A DNA stretch of 64,000 bases from Acidimicrobiales bacterium (GCA_046263055.1 JBHELO010000014.1:32-64031), one strand, 5' to 3'; shown: positions 9,044 to 18,627, counted from the first letter of the stretch. The notes: generated by a model not told the origin, from the letters alone. Translations and numbers: made by a program.

Positions 9044-9694
9044 ATGCGCGCCAGCGTGCAGTGCCGGGTGGCGGTGGCCGGCGCCGAGCTACGGGTGCTG
9101 GTGCTGACCGCCGACGCCGGTGGCTGCGTCGGGGTCGACCTGGACTCGGGGGCGTTCGTGCGGGCCACCTATGACGGCGACCCCGGTCCCCTCGCCCCCT
9201 TCGACGTGGTGACCGGCGAGCTCGCCCGCACCGCCGACCCGCCCGACGCCTCCCGCCCCGAGGCGGTGCTGCTGGCGGGGCCACCTCGGCGCACCGGCGC
9301 CATGCCCGCCAAGCGGGCGGAGCGGTTCTTGCAACCGCTCCAGCACCCTCGCCGCCGGGCCCTCCTCGACGTCGCCGGGCCTGCCGTCCCGTACTGGACC
9401 CTGTCCGGCGACCGGCCGTCGCTCACCCTCGTCGACGTGGTGGCCGGCCTCCAGGTGCGGCCGGGGGCGCCCGGCTACGTCTGCCGGTTCGGCTGGCAGG
9501 GCGCCCGCCTGCACCTGCCCCTCGCCGACCGCCGCCTGACCACCCGCCTGGACGAGGTGGGCTGGCCCCGCTACTCGGGCCGTGACCTCCAGGCGCTCCT
9601 CGGCCATCGGGTGCGCCACCTGTTGGTGGTGCTGAGCCCCCCGAACCGGGGCTACTGCTACAAGGTGGTGGCCGGCCTCCTGCCCGGCGCCTGA
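9044..9694 (+). CDS. hypothetical protein (216 aa)
   Basis: ATG 9044, high GC3, balanced non-repetitive composition. No motif recognised. Confidence 0.6.
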   Translation: MRASVQCRVAVAGAELRVLVLTADAGGCVGVDLDSGAFVRATYDGDPGPLAPFDVVTGELARTADPPDASRPEAVLLAGPPRRTGAMPAKRAERFLQPLQHPRRRALLDVAGPAVPYWTLSGDRPSLTLVDVVAGLQVRPGAPGYVCRFGWQGARLHLPLADRRLTTRLDEVGWPRYSGRDLQALLGHRVRHLLVVLSPPNRGYCYKVVAGLLPGA

Positions 9695-9769
9695 CGCCGG
9701 CGGCGGGTGCCGGGCCGCCCGGCCGCCCGGCCGCCCAACCGACAAGCGGCGCCGGCGGCGGCCCAGGTG

Positions 9770-10441
9770 CTATTCGGCCAGGGCGGCCAGGGTCTCGGCC
9801 ATGGCCCACCCGAACGCCACCAGGGCGTCGCCCCGGGCGTGGTCGAGCGGGGAGAAGAACTGGGCCGCCTCGGGCGCCACCCCGTTGACGCTGCCGCCGC
9901 CCGCGTAGTCGAGGACGAGGGCGGGATCGCCGGTGCCCTCCAGCACCGACGTGCGGTCGTCCACCCGCCCTTCGGCGCCGAAGCGCTTGGCCAGGCGGCG
10001 GGCCCACGCCCGTTCTTCGCCGGTGGCCTTGTGGCCGGGGCGGGGGACGATGTCCTCCAGCCCGGCAAACGCCGCGAAGGCGGCGGGATCGGCGAAGCGG
10101 GTGCCGACGAGCACGTCCTCGTCCGGGAAGGCCAGCACCGCCCGCCGCAGCTGGTCCCCCATCAGGGCGGCCAGCACGGCCTCGGGCCGGGCCTCCCGGG
10201 CCACCGACGCCAGGCCCACCAGCACGCTGGGCGTGCCGCCGATGCGCTCGAGGGTGCAGAAGGAGAACCCGGCCAGCCGGCCGCCCTCGTGCACCTGGGT
10301 GACCAGCACCCACTCCTCGCACTGCTTCGACAGCAGGCCGACGTCCCATCCGGTGCCAACAGCGGCGCAGAGGTCGGCCATCTCCGAGAGTTCGGAGTCG
10401 CTGAGAGCGGTGCAATCCTTGGTGTCGACCTCGATCGGCAT
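9770..10441 (-). CDS. hypothetical protein (223 aa), possibly an acyltransferase-like fold
   Basis: ATG start and balanced composition (MPIEVDTKDCTALSDSELSEMADL...). Lies 127 nt downstream of dnaE on the same strand. No motif recognised with confidence. Confidence 0.55.
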   Translation of the reverse strand: MPIEVDTKDCTALSDSELSEMADLCAAVGTGWDVGLLSKQCEEWVLVTQVHEGGRLAGFSFCTLERIGGTPSVLVGLASVAREARPEAVLAALMGDQLRRAVLAFPDEDVLVGTRFADPAAFAAFAGLEDIVPRPGHKATGEERAWARRLAKRFGAEGRVDDRTSVLEGTGDPALVLDYAGGGSVNGVAPEAAQFFSPLDHARGDALVAFGWAMAETLAALAE

Positions 10442-10568
10442 CGGCGTCCTGCACTCCCATGTCCTGCGGTTCCGGCCCCTACAGCCTAGATGACCGGCCC
10501 GGGATGGTCCGCCGGGCGCCCTGCGGTCACCCGCCAGGGACGCCGTGGCCCCTCCCGGCGAGCCCCGG

Positions 10569-13500
10569 TCAGGTCACCAGGGCGTTGGGGCCGAGCAGCA
10601 CCCGCAGCTCGCCGAACAGGCCGTTGCGGGAGTCCACCCGGAACTCGTCGGGTAGGCGGAGCACGGTCTGGTCGAAGTGCACCAGCACCTGGGCCTCGCC
10701 CGGGTGGTCCCGAAGCACGCCCTTGAGCCGGCCCAGAAGAGACTCGGTGACGGTGGCCGGGCTGAGCTTGATGCGCACCGGCGGGGAGGCGTCCGGGGAG
10801 ATATCGGGGCGCTTCACCTCCAGGCACACCAGCTTGGCCGGCTCCTCCCGGAGGTCGAGGCGGCCCTTGACGCAGACGATGGCGTCGTCGGCCAGCAGGG
10901 GCCCGTACTCCTGCATGGTCCGGGGGAAGACCATGACCTCCACCGCCGACTGGAGGTCCTCCAGGGTGAAGACGGCCATGAGGTCCCCCCTCTTCGTGTA
11001 CTTGCGGGACAGCCCGGTGACCACGCCGCCCACCCACGTGCACTCGCCATCGCGCAGCTCGGACAGGTCACCGATGGCGCACTCCACGTGGCGCTTGAGG
11101 GCACCTTCCACGTTGAGCAGCGGGTGGCTGCTGACGTAGAGCCCGAGCATCTCCTTCTCGAAGGCCAGGCGGCGGCCGTCGTCGAACTCCACCGCCTCGA
11201 TCCGGACGCGCTCGTCGTGCACCGGCGCGGCGGCCGCCCCCAGGTCCCCGAACAGGCTCATCACCCCCAGGTCGCGCTCGCGCCGGCGGGCCAGGGTGGT
11301 GTCGATGATGCGCTCGAAGGCCGCTTTGCTCTCGCCTGGGGCGACGTAGAGCAGGCCCAGGCGGGGGTGGCCCACCGAGTCGAAGGCGCCCGCCTTGATC
11401 AGGGACTCCACCGAGCGCTTGTTGAGCACGCCGGGGTCCACCCGCTGGCAGAAGTCGTAGAAGTCGGCGAAGGGGCCACCGGCCTCCCGCTCGGCCACGA
11501 TCAGGGCGACGAGGCCCTCGCCCACGTTGCGCACCGCCGACAGCCCGAAGCGGATGGTGTCACCAGCGGTGGTGAAGTCCGACTCCGACTCGTTGACGTC
11601 GGGCACCAGGACCCGGATGCCCTTGGCCCGGCACTCGGCCAGGTAGACGGCGCTCTTGTCCTTGTCGTCCTTCACCGAGGTGAGTAGGGCCGCCAGGTAC
11701 TCCACCGGGTGGTTGGCCTTCAGCCACGCCGTCTGGTAAGCGACCATGCCGTAGGCGTAGGCGTGGCTCTTGTTGAAGGCGTAGTCGGCGAAGGGCTCGA
11801 TGAGGTCGAAGAGCTTGGTGCCGAGGGCGGCGCCGTAGCCGGTGCGCTCGCACCCGGCCACGAACTTCTCGCGCTCGGTGGCGATGAGCGCCCGGATCTT
11901 CTTGGAGCACGCCTTGCGGAGGTTGTCGGCCTCCAGCAGCGAGTACCCGGCGAAACGGGCCGCCACCTTCATCAGGAGCTCCTGGTAGATCATGAGGCCG
12001 TAGGTGTCGGCCAGCTCCTCGGCCAGGTCGGGGTGCAGGCACTCGATGGGCTTGCGGCCGTTCTTGCGGTCGGCGAAGTCGTTGTGCATGTTGGCGGCCA
12101 TGGGCCCCGGCCGGTAGAGGGCCACCAGGGCGCCGATGTCGTCGAAGCGGGTGGGGGCCAGGGAGCGCATGAGGGTCCGCATGGGGCCGCCCTCCAGCTG
12201 GAACACCCCGATGGAGTCCCCCCGGCGCAGCATCTCGTAGACCTTCTCGTCGTCCAAGGGCAGGTGGTCGATGTCGGGACGGGTGGCAGTGGAACGCTCG
12301 ATCAGGTCCAGGGCCCGCTCGATGACGGTGAGGTTGCGCAGGCCGAGGAAGTCCATCTTCAGCAGGCCCAGGTCGGCCACGCCGTTCATCTCGTACTGGG
12401 TGACGATGGGTGCGTCGGCGGGGTCCCCGCCCGCCTCCGGCTTGCGCTGGACGGGCAGGTACTCGGTGAGGGGCTCGCGGGTGATCACCACCGCGGCGGC
12501 GTGAATGCCGTCCTGGCGGCGGAGGCCCTCGAGGCCCCGGGCCACGTCGATGACCTTGCGGGCGTCGGGGTCGGTCTCGTAGATGCCCCGCAGCTCGGTG
12601 GCCACCTTGTAGCCGTCCTCGTGGCCGGGGACCAGCTCCAGGCACGCCTTGAGCGGGGTGTCGCGGCCCATCACCAACGGGGGCATGGCCTTGGCGATGC
12701 GGTCCCCCACCGCGTAGGGGTAGCCGAGCACCCGGGCCGCGTCGCGCACCGCGGCGCGGGCCTTGATGGTGGAGAAGGTGACGATCTGGGCCACGTGGTC
12801 AGAGCCGTACTTCTCGGCTGCGTACCGGATCATCTCGCCCCGGTGACGCTCGTCGAAGTCCATGTCTATGTCGGGCATCTCCTTGCGCCCGGCGTTGAGG
12901 AAGCGCTCGAACAGGAGGCCGTAGCGGATGGGGTCGACGTCGACGATGCGCAGGCAGTAGGCCACGCAGCACCCGGCCGCCGAGCCCCGGCCGGGCCCGA
13001 CCCGGATGCCCACCTCCCGGGCGTGGCGGATGAGGTCCCAGACCACGATGAAGTAGGCCGACAGCCCCATGTCGGCGATCACCATCAGTTCCTTCTCGAC
13101 CCGTTCGGCCACGTCGGCGGGGACGGGGTGGCCGTAGCGACCGGCTGCGCCCTCCCACGTCAGGTGATGCAAATAGGCGGCCTCGTCGGCGAACCCCGGC
13201 GGGAGGTCCACCCGGGGCAGCTCGGGCGTGCCGAACTCGATCTCCACCCTCGCCCGCTCGGCGACGGCCAGCGTGTTGTCGCAGGCGTCGGGCAGCTCGG
13301 CGAACAGGGCACGCATCTCGGCCGCCGTCTTCAGGTAGTGCTCGCTGCCCTCGAAGCGGAAGCGTCTGGGCTCGTCGATGGTGGCACCGGTCTGCACGCA
13401 GAGCAGGGCGTCGTGGGCGACGGCGTCCTGGCGGTGGGTGTAGTGGCTGTCGTTGGTGGCCAGGAGGGGAGCACCGATGGCCCGGGCGAGAGCCACCAGT

Positions 13501-14117
13501 TTGGGGTTGGTGCGGTGCTGGCCCTCGATGCCGTGGTCCTGGACCTCCACGTACAGGCTGTCGCGGCCGAAGATGTCCTGCAGGCGGGCGGCCAGGCGGG
13601 TGGCCTCGGCCTCGTCGCCCCGGAGCAGGGCCTGGCAGACCACGCCGCCCAGACACCCGGTGGAGGCGATGACGCCCTCGGAGTGGGCGGCCAGGAGCTC
13701 CCAGTCCACCCGGGGCTTGTACCAGTAGCCGGTGAGGTAGGCGGCCGACGCCAGCTTCAGCAGGTTCTTGTAGCCGGCCGTGCTCTCGGCCAGGAGGGTC
13801 AGGTGGTAGTAGAGCTTGTCGCCCTCGCCCCCCTCACCGCCGGTGTCGTCCATGGCGGTGCGCCCCCGCCGCAGCGGTCTCTCGAAGCGACTGCCGGCGG
13901 CCATGTACGCCTCGATGCCGACCACCGGCGTGATGCCGGCGGCCCGGGCCGCCCGGTAGAAGTCGAGGACGCCGTACATGTTGCCGTGGTCGGTGATGCC
14001 GATGGCGGGCTGCCCGTCGGCGGCGGCGGCGGCGATGACGTCGGCCACCCGCGACGCCCCGTCGAGCATGGAGAACTCGGTGTGGGTGTGCAGGTGGACG
14101 AAGCGCGAGTCACCCAC
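10569..14117 (-). CDS. dnaE: DNA polymerase III alpha subunit
   Basis: PHP domain FVHLHTHTEFSMLDGA, GITDHGNMYG, the polymerase core, and a C-terminal OB fold; 1182 aa. Confidence 0.97.
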   Translation of the reverse strand: MGDSRFVHLHTHTEFSMLDGASRVADVIAAAAADGQPAIGITDHGNMYGVLDFYRAARAAGITPVVGIEAYMAAGSRFERPLRRGRTAMDDTGGEGGEGDKLYYHLTLLAESTAGYKNLLKLASAAYLTGYWYKPRVDWELLAAHSEGVIASTGCLGGVVCQALLRGDEAEATRLAARLQDIFGRDSLYVEVQDHGIEGQHRTNPKLVALARAIGAPLLATNDSHYTHRQDAVAHDALLCVQTGATIDEPRRFRFEGSEHYLKTAAEMRALFAELPDACDNTLAVAERARVEIEFGTPELPRVDLPPGFADEAAYLHHLTWEGAAGRYGHPVPADVAERVEKELMVIADMGLSAYFIVVWDLIRHAREVGIRVGPGRGSAAGCCVAYCLRIVDVDPIRYGLLFERFLNAGRKEMPDIDMDFDERHRGEMIRYAAEKYGSDHVAQIVTFSTIKARAAVRDAARVLGYPYAVGDRIAKAMPPLVMGRDTPLKACLELVPGHEDGYKVATELRGIYETDPDARKVIDVARGLEGLRRQDGIHAAAVVITREPLTEYLPVQRKPEAGGDPADAPIVTQYEMNGVADLGLLKMDFLGLRNLTVIERALDLIERSTATRPDIDHLPLDDEKVYEMLRRGDSIGVFQLEGGPMRTLMRSLAPTRFDDIGALVALYRPGPMAANMHNDFADRKNGRKPIECLHPDLAEELADTYGLMIYQELLMKVAARFAGYSLLEADNLRKACSKKIRALIATEREKFVAGCERTGYGAALGTKLFDLIEPFADYAFNKSHAYAYGMVAYQTAWLKANHPVEYLAALLTSVKDDKDKSAVYLAECRAKGIRVLVPDVNESESDFTTAGDTIRFGLSAVRNVGEGLVALIVAEREAGGPFADFYDFCQRVDPGVLNKRSVESLIKAGAFDSVGHPRLGLLYVAPGESKAAFERIIDTTLARRRERDLGVMSLFGDLGAAAAPVHDERVRIEAVEFDDGRRLAFEKEMLGLYVSSHPLLNVEGALKRHVECAIGDLSELRDGECTWVGGVVTGLSRKYTKRGDLMAVFTLEDLQSAVEVMVFPRTMQEYGPLLADDAIVCVKGRLDLREEPAKLVCLEVKRPDISPDASPPVRIKLSPATVTESLLGRLKGVLRDHPGEAQVLVHFDQTVLRLPDEFRVDSRNGLFGELRVLLGPNALVT

Positions 14118-14172
14118 CGGGCGCGAGCCCCTGTGGACAGGCTGGGGAGAAGTACACTCGTGTAATTCGACG

Positions 14173-14202
14173 AGCGTAGGACGGCGCGCCGGGTGCCGTC
14201 AA
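14173..14202 (-). promoter_or_regulatory. candidate dnaE promoter TTGACG-N18-TACGCT
   Basis: The minus strand reads TTGACG (14197-14202), 18 nt, TACGCT (14173-14178), about 55 nt upstream of the GTG start. It is followed by a low-GC stretch with the inverted repeat CTCGT-N8-ACGAG. Confidence 0.35.
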
Positions 14203-14254
14203 CGCTCCGGGGAGGGCGCCGGGCTCGGGCGACCAGCGTTTCGGGGCGACCAGA

Positions 14255-14275
14255 GCCGCGCCTCCGGGGCGCGGC
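14255..14275 (-). terminator. candidate intrinsic terminator hairpin after the DUF1059 gene
   Basis: gccgcgcc-tccgg-ggcgcggc: a perfect 8-bp GC stem and 5-nt loop, 20 nt past the stop. No clear U-tract, which is common in high-GC actinobacteria. Confidence 0.4.
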
Positions 14276-14294
14276 CCTCGTGGTCAGCGAGAGG

Positions 14295-14471
14295 TCAGCG
14301 TCGAGCCTGGTCCCGCAGGAAGTTGTAGATGGTGTCGGTCATGTTCTTCACGCCGTGAACCCGCCGGGCGTGCTCCACGACCTTGGCCTTGAGCTCCTCC
14401 TCGGAGCCGGCCCGGACCGTGTAGCCGCACCCTTCGGCTCCGGCCTTCCTGCAGCTGTGCTCGTACGCCAT
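14295..14471 (-). CDS. DUF1059-family small metal-binding protein (58 aa)
   Basis: Absent from the ORF track, presumably because it falls below its minimum ORF length. Hand translation: MAYEHSCRKAGAEGCGYTVRAGSEEELKAKVVEHARRVHGVKNMTDTIYNFLRDQARR. The SD GGGGGAAAGGA lies upstream. Confidence 0.7.
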   Translation of the reverse strand: MAYEHSCRKAGAEGCGYTVRAGSEEELKAKVVEHARRVHGVKNMTDTIYNFLRDQARR

Positions 14472-14549
14472 GACGTTCCTTTCCCCCAGATGTCGGCTCG
14501 CGTCACAGCATCGCGCGCCGCCGACAGCTTCGCAGGTGGGGGGACCGCC

Positions 14550-15032
14550 CTACAGGTAGGTGCCGGGGCGGGGGTCGGCGGGGGGACCGGCCGGCAGGCC
14601 CCGGCGGCGCATCTCCTCGAGCTGGGCCCGGGCCGCCATCTGCTGGGAGAACAGGGTGGCCTGGATGCCGTGGAACAACCCCTCGAGCCAGCCCACGAGC
14701 TGGGCCTGGGCCACCCGCAACTCGGCCTCGGTGGGCGTGTCGGACTCGAACGGCGAGCTGAGGCGGGCCAGCTCGCCGCGCAGCTCCTCGGCCAGGCAGG
14801 AGGACAGCTCCCGGACCGACGTCTCGTAGATGTCGCGCAGCCGGGCTCGGCCCGCCTCGTCCAGAGGCGCCCGGCGGACCTCCTCCAGCAGCTCCTTGGT
14901 CATGGTCCCGATGCGCAGGACCTTGGCCGGGGACTCGATCATCTCCTCGGCGTCGGCCGCCTTGCCCTCCAGGTCCTCGACTGCCGCATCGGTGTGCTCC
15001 ACCACGGTCGCGCCTACCTGCGAGTCGGTCAT
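14550..15032 (-). CDS. bpa: bacterial proteasome activator (Bpa/PafE, DUF2587)
   Basis: PAKVLRIGTMTKELLEEVRRAPLDEAGRARLRDIY...AELRVAQAQLVGWLEGLFHGIQATLFSQQMAARAQL closely matches my recollection of Mycobacterium tuberculosis Rv3780. The C-terminus is GTYL. Confidence 0.85.
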   Translation of the reverse strand: MTDSQVGATVVEHTDAAVEDLEGKAADAEEMIESPAKVLRIGTMTKELLEEVRRAPLDEAGRARLRDIYETSVRELSSCLAEELRGELARLSSPFESDTPTEAELRVAQAQLVGWLEGLFHGIQATLFSQQMAARAQLEEMRRRGLPAGPPADPRPGTYL

Positions 15033-15063
15033 GGCCGCAGATCATTCCCCACGCCCGGCCGCC

Positions 15064-16185
15064 TCACGCCGCCACGCCCACGAAGGGGACGAGCATCTCC
15101 TCGGGCGTCAGCGAGCCGTGTCGGCTGCGGAGGCGGACCTCGCCGGTGTCGGCCGGGTCGAGGAAGGCCACCGTGTCCCGGGCGGCCAGGACGACGTCGC
15201 CCAGCCGGCTCGCCACCTCCGGTTCCAGGCGCCCGCCGAACCACCCCTCGGCCTCCACCTCCTCGCGGGTGCGCACCCAGGCCTGGTCGCCGTGGCAGCG
15301 GCGGGCGGCGTCGGCCAGGCGGTCCCGGCACCCGGGGCGGGCGTGGATCCAGCGGAAGCGGCCCTCACCCGAGAGAAGGTTGGCCAGGTCCATCACCTCC
15401 CGGTGGATGGGCACGACCCGGTCACCCACGTCCACCTGCCCGTGGTCGGCGCACACGGCCAGCGCCGCTCCGCCGGGGAGGGCGGCGGCCAGGTCGGCGG
15501 CCAGGCGGTCGGCGGCCACCACCTCGGCGTCGTAGAACGACCCCAGCCCGTACTCGTGGGCCACCTTGTCGACCCCGTCGTAGTAGGCGTAGACGAAGGG
15601 TGACCCGGCCGCCAGCTCCTCCTCCACCCGGGCCACCAGGGTGGATGGCACCCGCCACCCCTGGAGCCGCACCCCGGCCAGGTGGGCCCGGGTGAAGCCC
15701 GTCTCCGCGAACTCGGCCCGCGTGACCACCGGGGGCTTGGTCCCGCCGAAGGGCTCGAGGGGCTGCAACACCTCGGGGGGCACAGACTGGCGGGCGTCCT
15801 CGCCGTTCACGGTGCGCCACCGCAGGATGTTGAGCACGTCCGTGCCGAGCACCCGCAGGCGGTACCCCACGACTCCGTGGACCGACGGCGAGGCCCCGGT
15901 GGTGAGCGACGTGAGGGCGGTGGCGGTGGTGGAGGGGGCGACGCTGGTGATCGGCCCCCCGGCCATGGCTCCCAGCGTGGGAGCGAGGTGGAGGCGGGCC
16001 TGGAGCTGCTCCCATCCCAGGCCGTCGAGGACCAGCAGCACGACCTGGTCGGCGCCGGCCACCGGCGCCGGCAGCCAGGAGCGGGCCAGGCGGTGGCGGC
16101 CGAGGATGGCGGGCACGACGCCGTCCAGGCACGCGCCCCCGTAGTCGGGGGTCACGGGGCCGGGCACCGTGTCCATCCCGGCCAC
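15064..16185 (-). CDS. alkaline-phosphatase-superfamily protein (type I phosphodiesterase/nucleotide pyrophosphatase or PglZ-like)
   Basis: LLVLDGLGWEQL, APSTTATALTSLTTGASPSVHG, YYDGVDKVAHEYG, CADHGQ and SRHGSLTPEEMLVP motifs. Confidence 0.7.
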   Translation of the reverse strand: MAGMDTVPGPVTPDYGGACLDGVVPAILGRHRLARSWLPAPVAGADQVVLLVLDGLGWEQLQARLHLAPTLGAMAGGPITSVAPSTTATALTSLTTGASPSVHGVVGYRLRVLGTDVLNILRWRTVNGEDARQSVPPEVLQPLEPFGGTKPPVVTRAEFAETGFTRAHLAGVRLQGWRVPSTLVARVEEELAAGSPFVYAYYDGVDKVAHEYGLGSFYDAEVVAADRLAADLAAALPGGAALAVCADHGQVDVGDRVVPIHREVMDLANLLSGEGRFRWIHARPGCRDRLADAARRCHGDQAWVRTREEVEAEGWFGGRLEPEVASRLGDVVLAARDTVAFLDPADTGEVRLRSRHGSLTPEEMLVPFVGVAA

Positions 16186-16283
16186 GCTAGAACCCGACGG
16201 GACCCCGGCGCCCGATCGGCGGGCCGGCGTCCCCCGAGGCGGGTACGCACGCCTTCACGCCGGCCAGGCCGTACCATGGCCCC

Positions 16284-16757
16284 GTGAGAGTGTCGACCCG
16301 GGGCGATTACGCCAGCCGGGCCCTGCTGTCCCTGGCCCTCCACCGCGACGGCGGCGGCCCGACCTCGGTGCGCGACATCGCCGAGCGCACCGGCCTGCCC
16401 CAGCCCTACCTGGAGCAGATCCTCCTCGCCCTCAAGGGGGCCGGCCTGGTCCGCTCCAAGCGGGGCGTGGGTGGGGGATACGTCCTGGCCCGCACACCGG
16501 CCGAGATCACCCTGGGCCAGATCGTGAGCGCGGTGGACGGACCGATCGTCGCCGGCGACTTCGGCGAGCCCCACCAGAACGGGGCCTGTGACCACGAGGG
16601 CCAGTGCGTGCTGCTGACCGTCTGGGCCGACGTCGGGGAGCACATGCGCCAGCACCTGGACTCGTTCACCCTGGCCGACATGGTGAACCGCCTGTCGGGG
16701 TCAGTCCGGGCCCCGGCCGTCCCCGCTCCCGCCCCGGCCACCGTCGCCCTGGCCTGA
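16284..16757 (+). CDS. Rrf2-family transcriptional regulator
   Basis: MRVSTRGDYASRALLSLAL..., a winged-HTH segment IAERTGLPQPYLEQILLALKGAGLVRSKRGVGGGY, and two Cys in GACDHEGQC. Confidence 0.85.
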   Translation: MRVSTRGDYASRALLSLALHRDGGGPTSVRDIAERTGLPQPYLEQILLALKGAGLVRSKRGVGGGYVLARTPAEITLGQIVSAVDGPIVAGDFGEPHQNGACDHEGQCVLLTVWADVGEHMRQHLDSFTLADMVNRLSGSVRAPAVPAPAPATVALA

Positions 16758-16802
16758 GCGGGCTGCCGCTCGGCGATGGCCCGCCGGGCCCCCGGCTCCC
16801 CG

Positions 16803-17555
16803 TCAGACCGGGCGGGTGGGCGGGTCGTTGGCCTTGGTGGCCTCCTCGGGCCGGATGCCGCGCTCGGGCGTCCCCGGCTTGACGGTGGCCGACGGCGACA
16901 CGTCCACCAGCCGCACCCCGGGCGCCGTCGCCAGGGCCTGCAGGGCCGGCGCCGGGCCGTGGACGGCCACGCCGAACACCAGCGGGCCGTCGGGCTTGAG
17001 GCTGGCGATGAGCTTGGTGAGGCGGTCGAGCTCCTGCTGGTAGAAGGCCTTGAACTGGGCGTCGTCCACCGTGGGCAGCAGGCGCGCCAGCTCGTCGCGA
17101 TCGGCCCGCTGGGACGCCGCCTGGGAGTCCACCCACTCGGCCATGGACGTGGTGACGAGGGCCGGCATGCCCCCGGGCACGGCGGCCAGCAGGGCGGTGA
17201 CGGGCAGCGACCCCACGGTGGCCCGCGCCTGGGCCTCGGGGACGTAGGAGGTGAACGACACCACCGCCACCCGGTCACCGGTGGCGGCGGCGAGGGCCAC
17301 CGACCGGTTGGCGGTGTAGGCGGCCAGGTCATCGTCGGCCTCCGGTCCCAGGCCGGCGGCCGACAGGCCGGCGGTGGTCGGCGGGGCGGTGACGCCAGGA
17401 GCGGACGCCGTGCGGCGGCTGCGCCCGTGGACCGTCACCGCCACCAGGCCGCCGAGGCCGATGACGATCAGGCTGGTGGCGAACAGCAGGAGGACCCGGC
17501 GGGTCGCGGGGTCGTAGCCCCCGGCCGTCGACGATGGGTCAGTCGAGAAGCTCAC
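16803..17555 (-). CDS. hypothetical single-pass membrane protein (250 aa)
   Basis: GTG 17555 overlaps the rluD 3' end by 17 nt. TM helix RRVLLLFATSLIVIGLGGLVAVTV followed by an Ala-rich extracytoplasmic domain. The upstream part of the 506-aa ORF is out-of-frame overlap with rluD. Confidence 0.5.
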   Translation of the reverse strand: MSFSTDPSSTAGGYDPATRRVLLLFATSLIVIGLGGLVAVTVHGRSRRTASAPGVTAPPTTAGLSAAGLGPEADDDLAAYTANRSVALAAATGDRVAVVSFTSYVPEAQARATVGSLPVTALLAAVPGGMPALVTTSMAEWVDSQAASQRADRDELARLLPTVDDAQFKAFYQQELDRLTKLIASLKPDGPLVFGVAVHGPAPALQALATAPGVRLVDVSPSATVKPGTPERGIRPEEATKANDPPTRPV

Positions 17556-18627
17556 GCGCCTCCACGAGGTCCGGGGGCAACGGCGACGTCCATCGGGTAC
17601 GGCGGCCGCCGGCCGGGTGGTCGAAGGCCAGCTCGAAGGCGTGGAGGAAGGGTCGGGCGAGCGGCACCGCCGGGCGGGCCCCACCGTAGCGGACGTCGCC
17701 CACCACCGGGTGGCCGATGGCCGCCAGGTGCACGCGGATCTGGTGGGTCCGACCCGTCTCCAGGCTGCACTCCACGATGGTGACGTCGCCACCCGACCCT
17801 CCCGGCCGCCCCGCCACCCCCGACGGCCGCACCCGGTGGCGGCTGAGGACTCGGTAGCGGGTTCGCGCCTCCCGCCCGCCGGCGGAGACCGCCATCTGGG
17901 TGCGGTCGCGCGCCGAGCGGCCCACCGGGGCGTCCACCATCCCCGACGGCGACTCCACCGACCCCCACACCAGGGCGAGGTAGCGGCGGTCCACGCCCCG
18001 AGCCGCCAGCTGGGCCACCAGCGAGTCGTAGGCCAGGGCGCTGCGGGCCACCACCAACAGGCCGGACGTGCCGGCGTCGAGGCGGTGGACGATCCCCGGG
18101 CGGGCGGGGTCCCCGACCGCCGCCATCTCCGGCCACCGGGCCAGGAGGCCGTTGACCAGGGTGCCGCCGGCGTGGCCGGCGCCGGGGTGAACGACCAGGC
18201 CCGGGGGCTTGTCGACCACCACCACGTGCTCGTCCACCGCCACCACCGGCACCTCCACGCCGGGGTCGGGGCCCACCGCCGGGCGGTCGGCCCGCTCGGC
18301 CAGGTCCACCTCCACCACGTCACCCTCGGCCACCCGCACGGAGCGGGTGGTGGCCGTCCGCCCGGCCACCCGGACGCCGCCGGCCGTCACCATGGCGGCC
18401 ACGTCACCCCGGGCCAGGCCCCAGAGCAGGGCCACGACCCGGTCCAGGCGCTCGCCGGCCAGCGCCCGGGGCACGGCCACCCGCAGGCCGGCGGTCGGAG
18501 GCTCGGGGGCCGGGGGCTCCGAGGTCGGCGGCTCGGTGACCGGGGGCTCGGAGGTCGGGGGGTCGGAGGTCGGGAGGGCGGCAGGCGGGGCCCGGTCGGG
18601 GCCGCCCGGCGCCGGTGGCCCGCTCAC
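17539..18627 (-). CDS. rluD: RluA-family 23S rRNA pseudouridine synthase with an S4 domain (RluD-like)
   Basis: [15 protein letters not shown] catalytic motif, [12 protein letters not shown] and an S4-like N-terminal domain. The GTG start forms GTGA with the lspA stop. Pro/Thr/Ser/Glu-rich N-terminal repeat. Confidence 0.85.
   Translation of the reverse strand: MSGPPAPGGPDRAPPAALPTSDPPTSEPPVTEPPTSEPPAPEPPTAGLRVAVPRALAGERLDRVVALLWGLARGDVAAMVTAGGVRVAGRTATTRSVRVAEGDVVEVDLAERADRPAVGPDPGVEVPVVAVDEHVVVVDKPPGLVVHPGAGHAGGTLVNGLLARWPEMAAVGDPARPGIVHRLDAGTSGLLVVARSALAYDSLVAQLAARGVDRRYLALVWGSVESPSGMVDAPVGRSARDRTQMAVSAGGREARTRYRVLSRHRVRPSGVAGRPGGSGGDVTIVECSLETGRTHQIRVHLAAIGHPVVGDVRYGGARPAVPLARPFLHAFELAFDHPAGGRRTRWTSPLPPDLVEARELLD

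Noticed and set aside
11709-14165. 818-aa plus-strand ORF, and the 336-aa ORF at 10677-11687.
   Set aside because: Both are antisense to dnaE, whose identity is unambiguous. The composition (G/V/H/D/L-rich mirror of dnaE codons) shows no domain signatures.
14150-14190. A LexA/SOS box upstream of dnaE.
   Set aside because: The palindrome CTCGT-N8-ACGAG does not match the actinobacterial consensus TCGAAC-N4-GTTCGA. This is also the replicative dnaE (full PHP domain, housekeeping context), not the SOS-induced dnaE2.
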